From: Promethearchaeati archaeon SRVP18_Atabeyarchaeia-1
GTDB taxonomy: Archaea; Asgardarchaeota; Atabeyarchaeia; Atabeyarchaeales; Atabeyarchaeaceae
NCBI GenBank assembly: GCA_037308085.1
Contig: CP147779.1
Location: forward strand, 1,728,001 to 1,792,000
DNA length: 64,000 nt
Direction of reading: 5' to 3'
In this document: one piece after another, positions 40,230 to 50,159 of the stretch
How positions within the stretch are numbered: the stretch's first letter is position 1
How the letters are laid out: the number at the start of each line of letters is the position of its first letter
Position numbers and translations under genes: made by a program
Notes under the pieces: generated by a model
What the model was told of the DNA's origin: nothing
The model's input: the letters and a program-made list of their open reading frames with translations, nothing else
The model's database searches: none

Positions 40230-40395
40230 TCAGCTACCGCACACACACCGTTACCGCACGAATCACCGGGTTCGGTGGGCTGAGAGGGATGCCTTGGTCT
40301 CGCGATTGCATGCCGGGAAGCGATGCTTGCTGAGACCCTTTTCCTAATCTCGCCCATGTCGTATCATGGCCACGCTGCACTAGAAACGTGGCTAG
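40230..40395 (-). pseudogene. Possible decayed 3' scar of an Ldh_2 dehydrogenase
   Basis: SH...DMGEIRKRV...PGD keeps the D-to-G spacing of parent GH...DLKDFRRI...AGE. Confidence 0.25.
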
Positions 40396-40613
40396 CGCTA
40401 ATGCACGCGTTGCTCACTGGAGTTCTCAGACGGCGGCAGAAAAGCAGGACGAGATCAATATGACGACCACGAAATGGGTAGCCCTCCAACAAATAGGAAA
40501 CCGATATCAGACACCTCGTCATCGTTAGTTGACTACGTACAGGTTCGCTTATCATGAACGTTGGAGAAAAAGAGGAATGAACATCGGATAGGAAGAGATC
40601 ATGTGCATTACTC

Positions 40614-41000
40614 ATGGCAGCGGCAATCATGGCAACGATCGTCACCGCAACAGCAACCACAACACTCAACCCCACGGCAACACCAACAAGAACACCACAA
40701 ATCAATGCGACCCCAACGATAAACCTCACAACACCTCCACCACAAACGGAGTGGAGCAGGACGTACGGAGGAACAGGCGATGACATTGCGTATTCGGTTC
40801 AGCAGACCTCCGACGGTGGATACATCGCGGCAGGATACACGGATTCCCTCGGTCTCGGGTCGCGTGACTTCTGGCTCGTGAAGATCCAAGGTGGCGGGGC
40901 AGGGGAAGGACTCCCATTGTTTGTCATAATGGGCGGAGTGGCTGCAGTAGCGGTAGTCCTAGCAATCTCTATAATCGTCCTGAAGAAGAGGAAGGCATAG
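40614..41000 (+). CDS. Membrane-anchored surface protein with a single propeller repeat (possibly degenerate)
   Basis: Thr/Pro stalk, one WSRTYGG...QTSDGGYI...DFWLVK repeat, C-terminal TM plus KKRK. Confidence 0.6.
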   Translation: MAAAIMATIVTATATTTLNPTATPTRTPQINATPTINLTTPPPQTEWSRTYGGTGDDIAYSVQQTSDGGYIAAGYTDSLGLGSRDFWLVKIQGGGAGEGLPLFVIMGGVAAVAVVLAISIIVLKKRKA

Positions 41001-41488
41001 GCATGAGTCACGTTCTCTAACCTAGCTTCTCCCCCTATTTTTCTGTTGGGATTGCAGCTATCTCTTTTACTGTACTTCTTCTTACTGATCGCAGCATAGA
41101 GCCCTAATTGTTTCAAAACAAGTATGGACAAGAAGTGTTGAAGTTGAATCGAGAACACTGGGAAGCTGAGATGAAGAAATACGGTACAGACTTGATGAAA
41201 CATTCCTAGCACGCTTCTGAAACGCAGGATCCAAGAAGGATACAATACAGTCTCCGTGTGCACTGCAAAGATGAACGCATATTTGAGCCAGAGGAATGTG
41301 GGTGATAGAAATCCCGTTCGCATCTTTCTAAACTGAGGGGAGAGAACCGCTGGATTAGTCTTCTGGAAAACGGGAGGTAAAGCGTTCTCTCCACGATGTC
41401 CAGGAATCCATGCAGAGCTGGAATAGCGGCTCCATGTTGACCTTATCCGTGCTTCATCAGCCTAGATCGGTTGGAAAGGATGCATAAT

Positions 41489-42592
41489 CTAGTCAGGAGC
41501 AAATTTGTACTGGCTCAGTCCCAGTTCGGACTTCAATGTCAGCAGATCCCTGAGGATGCTTTTGTTGATTGGGATCCCGTTCTTGCGTCTCTCTAGCTCG
41601 ATGTAGTACTCCTTTTCTCCCGCTGTGTAGATGCGCTGCTGCCCTGGCGCTTTCTTGGAGTTCCTGAGCGCCCTGCAGATGTTGCCTGCAATTCTTCTAA
41701 AATCCTTGAGGTCGTTGAAGCTTTCGACGTTGATGGCCATGAGGAAGTGCCCCAGGAAGTAGGTCTTGGGGTTGTTCAGGTCCTTCATGAAGGGTCCACC
41801 CCAGAGAGCTGCGGAGAGAATCTCTACCGCCGCCGCATAGCCATATCCCTTGTGACCGCCGAGGGTTTCGCCCAGACCGCCCAGCGGGAGGAGAGCAGCA
41901 GTCCCCTTGCTCAGACCCTCTAGGATCTTTGGGCTATCAGTCATTATTCCACTGTGCTCATCGATGACCCACCCCTCGGGGACCGGCGACTCGGTTCTTG
42001 ACAGGACCTCGATTCTTCCTCTCTGTGTAATCGAGGTTGCGCAGTCGATCAGGAAGGGGAATTTCTCATCAGTTGGGATACCGATAGTCAGGGGGTTAGT
42101 GCCCATCATGGGTTCTACGCCGAAGGTTGGTGGTATGGATGGTCTTGCATTGGTGACCGTGATGCCGATCATGCCCTCTTTGATGGCCATCATGGAGTAG
42201 TAGCCTGCGATCCCGAAGTGTGTTGAGTTGCCAACAGAAACCGCGCCAGTTCCGTATTGCCTCGCCTTCTTGATGGCCATCTCCATGGCGCGGTATCCTG
42301 CAACGTGACCCATTCCATGGCCGACATCTATCCTAGCCGTTGTAGGTGTCTCCTTTAGGATCTTGATCTTAGTCACTGGTGACTGGACACCAGTCTTTAT
42401 GCGATCATAATACATCTTGAGTCTTTGAACTCCGTGGGACTCAATTCCTCTGAGATCCGAGGTGATCAGCACCTCGGCGCAAATCGCGGCATCCTCTTTT
42501 GGACAGCCGACCTTAAGAAAGACATCCTTCATAAAGCTCTCTAGCGTTCCCGCGTCGATATGGATGATCTCCTCAGTCAACCTAGAAAACAC
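41489..42592 (-). CDS. Ldh_2 family oxidoreductase (malate/L-lactate/sulfolactate dehydrogenase)
   Basis: DLRGIESHG, NSTHFG, GTNP and GHKGYG motifs. Confidence 0.92.
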   Translation of the reverse strand: MFSRLTEEIIHIDAGTLESFMKDVFLKVGCPKEDAAICAEVLITSDLRGIESHGVQRLKMYYDRIKTGVQSPVTKIKILKETPTTARIDVGHGMGHVAGYRAMEMAIKKARQYGTGAVSVGNSTHFGIAGYYSMMAIKEGMIGITVTNARPSIPPTFGVEPMMGTNPLTIGIPTDEKFPFLIDCATSITQRGRIEVLSRTESPVPEGWVIDEHSGIMTDSPKILEGLSKGTAALLPLGGLGETLGGHKGYGYAAAVEILSAALWGGPFMKDLNNPKTYFLGHFLMAINVESFNDLKDFRRIAGNICRALRNSKKAPGQQRIYTAGEKEYYIELERRKNGIPINKSILRDLLTLKSELGLSQYKFAPD

Positions 42593-42747
42593 CTTCTAAT
42601 CTGATATTCAGTTTATCTTCTTGAATCACATATTGAGAATAGATTCTTGCGGATATATGAAAACTGCGGATGCTGGCACGGAAGCGCCTGCCTAAAAACT
42701 GAAATATGTGATGCGGCAGAGTTCTTTTCAGGAACGAGGTAGTCTTT

Positions 42748-43266
42748 ATGACGAAAATCCTGATTGTATACGAGTCTCAGACGGGTAACACTGAGAAGAT
42801 GGCTGAAGCTATCGCAGCAGGCGTCGGTGAGGTAAAGGGAGTTGAGTGTGAAGTCAAGAAAGTAAGCAAGGCAAGGCTTGACGACTTGGTTGCTGCGGAT
42901 GCGATCATTATGGGATCCCCGACATACTATGGAGAGATGTCTGCGGCACTGAAGTCTTTCATTGATTCGTCAGCGCAGATCCACGGGAAACTTGAAGGAA
43001 AAGTTGGGGCTGCTTTCACTAGTGCAGGAGGAACTGCAAGCGGCGCAGAAACTACTTTGCTCTCGATACTACAGACTATGTTAGTACACGGGATGATCAT
43101 ACAAGGTCGGCCTGATGACAAGCACTATGGTGTTGCATGCGTTGAGTCCCCCAATGAAGGAGCCACTGAGAATTGCAGGAAGCTTGGCAGGAGAACTGCA
43201 GAGCTTACCCTGAAGATTCTTGGTGGGACTGGGAGAAGGCTGCAAAGCAAAGGATCCAAGAAGTGA
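42748..43266 (+). CDS. WrbA-like flavodoxin
   Basis: SQTGNTEKMA, GSPTYYG and GAAFTS motifs. Confidence 0.9.
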   Translation: MTKILIVYESQTGNTEKMAEAIAAGVGEVKGVECEVKKVSKARLDDLVAADAIIMGSPTYYGEMSAALKSFIDSSAQIHGKLEGKVGAAFTSAGGTASGAETTLLSILQTMLVHGMIIQGRPDDKHYGVACVESPNEGATENCRKLGRRTAELTLKILGGTGRRLQSKGSKK

Positions 43267-43275
43267 AGGCGGGAA

Positions 43276-44490
43276 ATGAGACTTGGTTTTGTCGTCAACC
43301 CCGTAGCTGGAATGGGTGGGCGAGTTGGTCTGAAGGGGACTGACGGGGTCGCCGAGGAGGCCGTAAGACGCGGGGCCAAACCGATGTCGCCAGCGAGGGC
43401 GATAGAGTTCCTAGAAGCACTAAAGAGAGATTCAGATGGCGGGAAGCGGCTTGAGTTTGTTACGTGTAGGGGATCGATGGGCGAGGATGAACTCGAACAG
43501 GTTGGGCTGAGAATTCATGAGATCCTAGCAATACCCACCAAGCGCTCTGAGGCTGGGGCTCAGAAGACGTCGGGTGAAGACACAAAGGCGGCAGTAAGAT
43601 CGTTTGTCGCCGGCAAGGTTGAACTGGTGGTGTTCGTTGGTGGAGATGGGACGGCAAGAGATGTCCTAGATGCACTTGAAGAAGTCCGGTTCAGCGGAGG
43701 GTCGAGGAGCACCTCGGCGGATGAAGAGGGTGGCGGATCGTCACCCAATACCCCTCCTGCTCTGGGGGTTCCTTCTGGCGTAAAGATGTACAGTGCAGTA
43801 TTCGCGTTGAATCCTGCCGACGCGGCCCAAATAGTCTCTCTCTACGCTGAAGGGAAGTCCCAAGTCACCGACTTGGAGGTTGTCGATATCGATGAATATG
43901 CCTTCAGAAATGACGAGCTTTCAATACGCCTGTACGGTTACATGAAGTGCCTCTACGTACCGTCGATGAGCCAAGCCAGCAAGGAGCTCTCACCCGATTT
44001 GACTGATGAGAAAGACAACCAGGAAGCAATAGCGAAGGCAATCACAGAGGAAATGGATCCAGAAGGCCTCTATGTCCTTGGACCGGGAACTACAATCAAG
44101 ACCTTGGCAGAAGCGCTTAAAGTCAAGAAGACCACGCTAGGCGTCGACATATACTACAAGGGAAAAATGGTCGGAATCGACGCCGATGAGAAAAGCATCG
44201 TAGATGAAATAGAGACACACGGAGGGAAGAAGAACGCTTGGATCGTGGTCTCGCCAATTGGCCGGCAAGGCGTGCTTTTCGGAAGAGGAAACCAACAGAT
44301 AAGCCCTGCAGTCCTGAAGGGCGTCAACAGAGACCACATAATTGTCGCTGCAACTAGAAGCAAAGTGCGAGACTTGGATTGCGGAAGCATTAAGGTAGAT
44401 ACAGGCGACAAGGACCTCGACAGTACCTTTAGGGGGTACATAAAGGTAATGACAGATTACAGGGAGTGGAGAATGGTTCCGGTAGACTGA
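43276..44490 (+). CDS. ATP-NAD kinase family protein
   Basis: NPVAGMGG, GGDGTARD and GRGNQQIS motifs. Confidence 0.9.
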   Translation: MRLGFVVNPVAGMGGRVGLKGTDGVAEEAVRRGAKPMSPARAIEFLEALKRDSDGGKRLEFVTCRGSMGEDELEQVGLRIHEILAIPTKRSEAGAQKTSGEDTKAAVRSFVAGKVELVVFVGGDGTARDVLDALEEVRFSGGSRSTSADEEGGGSSPNTPPALGVPSGVKMYSAVFALNPADAAQIVSLYAEGKSQVTDLEVVDIDEYAFRNDELSIRLYGYMKCLYVPSMSQASKELSPDLTDEKDNQEAIAKAITEEMDPEGLYVLGPGTTIKTLAEALKVKKTTLGVDIYYKGKMVGIDADEKSIVDEIETHGGKKNAWIVVSPIGRQGVLFGRGNQQISPAVLKGVNRDHIIVAATRSKVRDLDCGSIKVDTGDKDLDSTFRGYIKVMTDYREWRMVPVD

Positions 44491-44616
44491 CAAAATTCAG
44501 TGTGTGCAGGTCGACACTCTTCAGCTGGATCCAGCAGAATCAAGGCAAGTATAATAAAGAGAGTTCCAGTAATAGTAAGGCATCTGATAGAAGCAGAGCA
44601 TTCAGGAGTGTCTTCC

Positions 44617-45075
44617 ATGTCAACGAAAGCACAAAAGAAAGGATCTGGCGCTGAAGACCGTCGTATAGCGTTCTTGCTTGCACTCATCGGAGGAGCGTGC
44701 TTGATTCTAGCTGGCGTGAGTGGGGGTGTGTGGATCTACGCCCAAGCCTTTGCCGCGATCGTGCTGGTGTACCCCGAGCTCGCAGGTATTCTTGGGCTTA
44801 TTCTCCCGATTCTAACTGCGATCGCTTCGCTTGGTGGCATAGCTGTAATCATAGGCGGAGTACTCATCCTCGGCGTGAGACTGACGACAGGCAAATTCCT
44901 CATCATGATGGGAGCTGGAGTCGGGATACTCGGGATCTTCATAGGTTTGGCTTCAGGTCTGGCTCAGGGTTGGGGTCTCGTCCAGAGCGCTCAGGCTGTC
45001 TTCGCGACTTACCAGGTTATCGGTTGGATCGGGATACTCTTCGCGATACTCGCGAGATTTATGGCTAGGAAGTAG
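44617..45075 (+). CDS. Gly-rich four-TM membrane protein
   Basis: Hydrophobic helices; GGAG upstream. Confidence 0.8.
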   Translation: MSTKAQKKGSGAEDRRIAFLLALIGGACLILAGVSGGVWIYAQAFAAIVLVYPELAGILGLILPILTAIASLGGIAVIIGGVLILGVRLTTGKFLIMMGAGVGILGIFIGLASGLAQGWGLVQSAQAVFATYQVIGWIGILFAILARFMARK

Positions 45076-45135
45076 AGTCAAGCTAAGGTGAAGGGGTGAA
45101 GGCTGTCTGCTGATTCCTTCGCTCCAGCTTTTTTC

Positions 45136-45222
45136 TCGATCAATTGACCACCGCGGATCTCAAGTGCCTATTGTATTGTCATGAAAATCACAGTCGGGGT
45201 GGGCAGGGCTAAAGCTGACAAA
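45136..45222 (+). pseudogene. Decayed copy of the NAD-kinase gene 3' end
   Basis: GGATCTCAAGTGCCT...GTCATGAAAATCACAG...CTGACAAA versus parent GGACCTCGACAGTACCT...GTAATGACAGATTACAG...CTGACAAA. Confidence 0.5.
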
Positions 45223-45371
45223 TGGATCATGTGATCTTCGCAAAACGCGCGTGCCCCGTGGAAGCTAATGAGGAGAATATATATGCAGGATGTTACCTAA
45301 GTTTATCAACAACCGGACGCAGATACGGTCAGATCCTAGTGATATGAGTGAACTTGGAGGTTTGATTAAGC

Positions 45372-45557
45372 TTGGCAAGAAAGCCGAAGGAATTTGAGAC
45401 TAAAGAGTCCACCGGAACTCGAGTAGTCTGTCCAAAGTGCGGATCGATCCACGTAAGGAGCAGTGATGAGAAAGGCAAGGTTATGACTTACATGGGCGGC
45501 ATGCCCGTCTACAAGAAGCTCTGGGTATGCAAGGATTGTGGAAACCAGTGGGGATAG
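45372..45557 (+). CDS. Small Zn-ribbon protein
   Basis: CPKCG...PVYKK..CKDCG..W; GGAGG upstream. Confidence 0.8.
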   Translation: MARKPKEFETKESTGTRVVCPKCGSIHVRSSDEKGKVMTYMGGMPVYKKLWVCKDCGNQWG

Positions 45558-45563
45558 ATCTTG

Positions 45564-45770
45564 ATACTCCCCTCTTGGGGAAGTGAGAATTCACGCTTGG
45601 GAAATTGATCAGGCCATGATGCATGATCTTTGACGCACGTGCACACCGAGAAGATTTTCCGAATTCCGAGTGAACTGGAGTCGTGTCCAACCTTCTGATT
45701 CTCAGCATTGTGGAGTTACAATAGCTCCAATACTCTTTCTTTTGATTAGCCTCCCGACACGGGATAAGAG
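45564..45770 (+). pseudogene. Decayed copy of the 3' half of membrane protein gene 44617..45075
   Basis: GTGAGAATTCACGCTTGGGAAATTGATC..CATGATG versus GTGAGACTGACGACAGGCAAATTCCTCATCATGATG; later WSRVQ/WGLVQ and ILFLLIS/ILFAILA are collinear. Confidence 0.65.
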
Positions 45771-45815
45771 AGCTATTTCTGGATTCATCTACGCAAGTAG
45801 CGCAGTAAGCTATTT

Positions 45816-47228
45816 ATGAACCATGGGCGAAAAGTAGCACAGGTCCCGGCGCAAGACAAGTCAATTGCAGGGAGTATTCAGGTCGGCAGGGTGATCAAGC
45901 TGTCAAGTCCGGAGAGAAAGAACTTTCGAGGCTACATGGCATTCTGGTCTGGACAGATGATCTCCACCTTTGGAACCAACATTGTGCAGTTCGCCATCAT
46001 CATATGGTTCGCGATTGTAACTGGCAGTCCGCTCATACTAGGTCTGGCAGGGTTTGGCGCTCTTGGCACCCAGCTGGCTTTGACTCCAATTGCAGGGGTC
46101 TATGTCGACAGATGGTCGAGAAAAAAAGTCATCGCCGTCTCAGATGGTTTGCAGGCAGTTGCGGCGCTAATCCTTATCTACTTCTTCTTCACGGGTCAGG
46201 CAACTGTCTGGCATGTGCTCATCATACTCTCAGCCCGCGGCGGTCTCGGCGCGTTTCACGATCCAGCCTTCCAGGCTGTTATCCCCATTATGGTCCCCGA
46301 GCGCTGGCTTAGCAGGATCAATGGTCTTACCCTTTTGGCAACGGGAATGTCAGCCGCAATTGGGGCGCCGACAGCCGTCTTACTATACTCATTACTTGGA
46401 GGAGATCTGGCAAGAATCCTATGGATAGACGTGATCACTTTCTTGATTGCAGTTGTTCCAACCGTAATCGTCTACATCCCACGAGTAGACAAGGGCAAAT
46501 CACGCGGTGAGAAGGTTGCCTTTAGAAGCGAATTCTCAGAGGGTCTCACTTTTATTCGAAAGAAGAGAGGACTGCTCACACTGCTCAGTACCTTCACGAT
46601 TGCCAACTTCCTCCTTGTTCCTCTTGGAGTGCTGTTACCCTTGTTCTCCATTCAAATCTTAGCGAAGGGAGACACCACTACAGGTAAATTTCTTTTTGGC
46701 TTCCTGTCATTCTTGACCAATGTCAGCCTTCTTGTCGGCGCCGGCATAATGACCGCTTGGAAGGGATTCAAAAGAAACATCGTCGGAGTTGTTGGGGGGC
46801 TGGCGCTGGGAAGCATAGGAATGTTGCTTTTTGCACTCTCAACTCATATAGGCAGTCTCCTACTATGGTTGACCCCTCAGGCAGTTGTCTATGTTGCCGC
46901 TTTTGGGGCGCTTCTGGTTGGGCTAGTTGTACCCATCGCAAATGTCTCGAGCCAAACCATTTGGCAGAAGATAGTGCCCCCCGAGAAGCTTGGCCGAGTG
47001 TTCTCAGTCAGGTTGGCGCTCGCCCAGATGTCGGCACCCTTTGCCATGCTCTTCAGTGGTCTAGCGGCCGACCTCATCGGAATGCAGATGGTCTTACTCA
47101 TCTGTGGGGGATTGGAACTGCTAGTACTGGTAGTTACGTGGTCAATGACATCGCTCCCGCACGTGGAAGACACTATTCTAGAGAACCAGAAGCCTCCTGA
47201 AGAGGGAAACCTGAAGAATAGGAAATAG
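45816..47228 (+). CDS. MFS transporter (macrolide efflux-like)
   Basis: GVYVDRWSRKK and LGRVFS motifs; about 12 TM. Confidence 0.9.
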   Translation: MNHGRKVAQVPAQDKSIAGSIQVGRVIKLSSPERKNFRGYMAFWSGQMISTFGTNIVQFAIIIWFAIVTGSPLILGLAGFGALGTQLALTPIAGVYVDRWSRKKVIAVSDGLQAVAALILIYFFFTGQATVWHVLIILSARGGLGAFHDPAFQAVIPIMVPERWLSRINGLTLLATGMSAAIGAPTAVLLYSLLGGDLARILWIDVITFLIAVVPTVIVYIPRVDKGKSRGEKVAFRSEFSEGLTFIRKKRGLLTLLSTFTIANFLLVPLGVLLPLFSIQILAKGDTTTGKFLFGFLSFLTNVSLLVGAGIMTAWKGFKRNIVGVVGGLALGSIGMLLFALSTHIGSLLLWLTPQAVVYVAAFGALLVGLVVPIANVSSQTIWQKIVPPEKLGRVFSVRLALAQMSAPFAMLFSGLAADLIGMQMVLLICGGLELLVLVVTWSMTSLPHVEDTILENQKPPEEGNLKNRK

Positions 47229-47261
47229 GGAAGAAACTTAGTAGATTCGCGAGGTGTTTAC

Positions 47262-47714
47262 TTGAGGGAGAATAAGATGCCTGTGTCATTGGATAAGAGA
47301 AGTGGGACGGTCAGCTTCATCGGACTAGTTCAAAAAGATACATCAAGAATAATTGTGTTCCCAGAATTCTGCAAAGGTATAGAGGGATTGGAGAACTATT
47401 CGCACGTGATCATACTATACTGGTTTCATCAGCGCGACAACCCCAAAGAAAGATGCACTCTCCAAGTTATTCCGAAGAGACACGCGGGAGCCCCACAGAT
47501 TGGCGTATTTGCATCAAGAAGCCCGAGCCGGCCAAATCCAATCGGACTCTGCGTCGCGGAACTAATCGGAGTTGAGAAATGCATTCTGACCGTAAAGGGG
47601 CTTGACGCTGACGAGGGGTCCCCGATAATAGACATAAAACCCTACTTGCCCAAGGCAGAGTCGATCCCTGATGCCAGAACGCCCTATTGGGCACAGAGCG
47701 GGCCTTTGACCTAA
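47262..47714 (+). CDS. tsaA: tRNA m6t6A37 methyltransferase TrmO/TsaA
   Basis: GVFASRSPSRPNPIGL and GLDA..GSPIIDIKPY motifs. Confidence 0.92.
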   Translation: MRENKMPVSLDKRSGTVSFIGLVQKDTSRIIVFPEFCKGIEGLENYSHVIILYWFHQRDNPKERCTLQVIPKRHAGAPQIGVFASRSPSRPNPIGLCVAELIGVEKCILTVKGLDADEGSPIIDIKPYLPKAESIPDARTPYWAQSGPLT

Positions 47715-47721
47715 GCCTTCC

Positions 47722-48954
47722 TCATTTCTTAGAGGACTTTCTTTCTTCTTTTAGTGGTTCAGGGAGACGTAAACTGAAGAGCGCACCCAGCGTAACATAG
47801 AGGCACATTAGCAGAACGAAGCCGATCGTTCCGAAGGTCGGGATCACAAGTGAGCCACTTAGCGGACCCACGATCAGTCCTGTGCCCAGTATCATCGAAT
47901 ATACTCCGAAGGTTGTTCCACGCGTCTCATGTTTTGCTATGTCGCTGAGGTAAGCGAGGACAGCTGGCGGAAACGCCCCAGCCCCGAAACTCACTAACCC
48001 CACTAGTGGCAAGATAGGCCACAATATCTCAATCGAGTTCACGTTGAGGGTCAGCAGAGTTGCGAGAACGCCGAAGCAGAACAAGCCCACAATGATGAAG
48101 GGTTTGCGCCGCAGCAAACGATCGGATAGCCGCCCCAATAGGAGTAACCCCAAGATCAAACAGAATCCGACAACGCCTAGCGTGAACAACGCTTGTGTTG
48201 AACTGAAAATGCTTCCTGACTCAGCGATACCCTCAGCGAAGGCGATGATCAGTCCGTATAGACAGATAATGGGCGTGTAAACTGGAAGCAGACGAAGTAT
48301 ATCTTTGTTTGAAAAGGTTTGCTTAAAGAGCGCTTTAACGCCAATTGAAGTGACTTCTTTGCCTTTTGTTTCTGTGACAAGTAACAGAACCAAGACAACG
48401 GAGACCATGACCATTCCCCCTGCCAGAACAAGACTCGAGAATATCGTGAAGTGGAGTAGATTGATGAGCATCGCCCCAGCAACATACCCACCTGCTAATC
48501 CTCCGAGAGTTGTCATGTCGAAGATCCCCATGCTCTGCGCCCTGTTCTTAATAGTGGACATGTCGGAGATCATCGTCAGCGTTGAGGAAACTTTGGCTGC
48601 GGCCCCAACTCCAAACAGGGCTGAGAAACCCATCATAAGTGCAAGTGCGCCTTGGGAAAAAATGAACGAGAAGGCTGCTAGGGCGGTCAGGAAATGCCCT
48701 AAGATTAGTACAGGCTTTCTTCCAATCTTGTCACACATGGCGCCAAAACCCATCACGGTAACTAGCTCAGCGGCAGGATAGCTGGCAACTATTATCCCGC
48801 GCATGAAGTCAGCCGCAGGACCGACACCTAAGTAGACGTGGCTGGTTGCGACAGCTATGGAAGCGAATCCGGCAGCACGCATGACGAATGTGGCAATATA
48901 CAAGACCGCGAGACTGACTCGAGACGATACCATACGCGACTCCGCTCCGACCAA
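47722..48954 (-). CDS. MFS transporter
   Basis: GAMCDKIGRKP and GRLSDRLLRRKP motifs. Confidence 0.9.
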   Translation of the reverse strand: MVGAESRMVSSRVSLAVLYIATFVMRAAGFASIAVATSHVYLGVGPAADFMRGIIVASYPAAELVTVMGFGAMCDKIGRKPVLILGHFLTALAAFSFIFSQGALALMMGFSALFGVGAAAKVSSTLTMISDMSTIKNRAQSMGIFDMTTLGGLAGGYVAGAMLINLLHFTIFSSLVLAGGMVMVSVVLVLLLVTETKGKEVTSIGVKALFKQTFSNKDILRLLPVYTPIICLYGLIIAFAEGIAESGSIFSSTQALFTLGVVGFCLILGLLLLGRLSDRLLRRKPFIIVGLFCFGVLATLLTLNVNSIEILWPILPLVGLVSFGAGAFPPAVLAYLSDIAKHETRGTTFGVYSMILGTGLIVGPLSGSLVIPTFGTIGFVLLMCLYVTLGALFSLRLPEPLKEERKSSKK

Positions 48955-49192
48955 GAATCTACAATTTCACAGTAGCATTGACATGCGCTATGCTTGCTCC
49001 AAGCAAATGACCCTGAAAGTAAGTTGGATGAAATCAGGACGTTGAGTTGTTGCGGAGAGTTGAGAAAGAGAATGATATAAGGATGTTGGTGCCGTCATTG
49101 AGAAGAGTCACTCTGGTGCCATATGATTATATACTCAAACGACAAAAGGTTTTCGCGAATTGAGACCCGCATGTTGTTGAAGGTGCCGCTTC

Positions 49193-49927
49193 TTGAATGT
49201 CCATGAGAAGTCTATCAGAGCGAGCGAATACTTGACCTACGTGATTGGCAACATCATTTTGATGGTTGTCCTCTTTTACATCCTGCTTAATAATCTCCTC
49301 TATGAATGGACGGGGCAGCTGTACCCGGTTACCTCTGGCTTTCGCTTACTCCTAGGAGGTTTAGATGACGCGATCCCATTTGTCCCCGAGATGGTGATCT
49401 TCTACCAATACCTGTTTTACGGGATCGTGATTCTGACGATGCTCTTCTTTGCCTTTGTTGAATACAGGAAAGGCTACGCCCTAAGTTGGTCCTTGGTGAT
49501 AGTCAGCGCCATCGCAATAATCATCTACATTGTCTTCCCAGTTTCAACCTATGAGTGGCGAGTAGCTCTCACCCCACACTTAGACTTGGGCAACTTCTGG
49601 CAAGCTCAAGTATACAGTATTTACACCATTGACACTCCTTTCAATTGCTTCCCCAGCTTGCACGCCGCGGTGTCCACAATCTGCTTCTACACATGGTATC
49701 AATATAGCAAAGTGCGACCCAGCCGGGCAACCAAGATAGCTGCAATCGTTGCATTTGTAATTTCAGCAGGCGTTATTCTCTCTACCCTGTTCATCAAGCA
49801 ACATTATATTGTAGATGAGATTGCTGGAATCTTGCTCGCCTGGGTGATAGGCAGAACCATCTTCAACTATCTGTGGAAAGCTTTCAAGTTGACTGGATCT
49901 CGGGTGGATAAGCGCAAGGTGAAGTGA
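49193..49927 (+). CDS. PAP2-superfamily (Aur1/IPC-synthase-like) membrane protein
   Basis: FPSLHAA and QHYIVD motifs. Confidence 0.85.
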   Translation: MNVHEKSIRASEYLTYVIGNIILMVVLFYILLNNLLYEWTGQLYPVTSGFRLLLGGLDDAIPFVPEMVIFYQYLFYGIVILTMLFFAFVEYRKGYALSWSLVIVSAIAIIIYIVFPVSTYEWRVALTPHLDLGNFWQAQVYSIYTIDTPFNCFPSLHAAVSTICFYTWYQYSKVRPSRATKIAAIVAFVISAGVILSTLFIKQHYIVDEIAGILLAWVIGRTIFNYLWKAFKLTGSRVDKRKVK

Positions 49928-50159
49928 GGCACCCCATTATGGGTGTCTCTAATTCGTTTTCTGTTTCTATACCCACCTTGCGAGCTATAGGAACGCAAGG
50001 GGGAAAACATGACGTATCCTTCAAAGGTGTCTGGGTTGCGTAAATTGCAATCAGACTTCGGGTTGTGCTCAGAACGCGGGATAGAATATAAGGGCGATTG
50101 CGAATGTTTGTTTACCCCCGCAGTTTTCCTTGATAAGCATCATTTAGGAGTGTGGAGAC

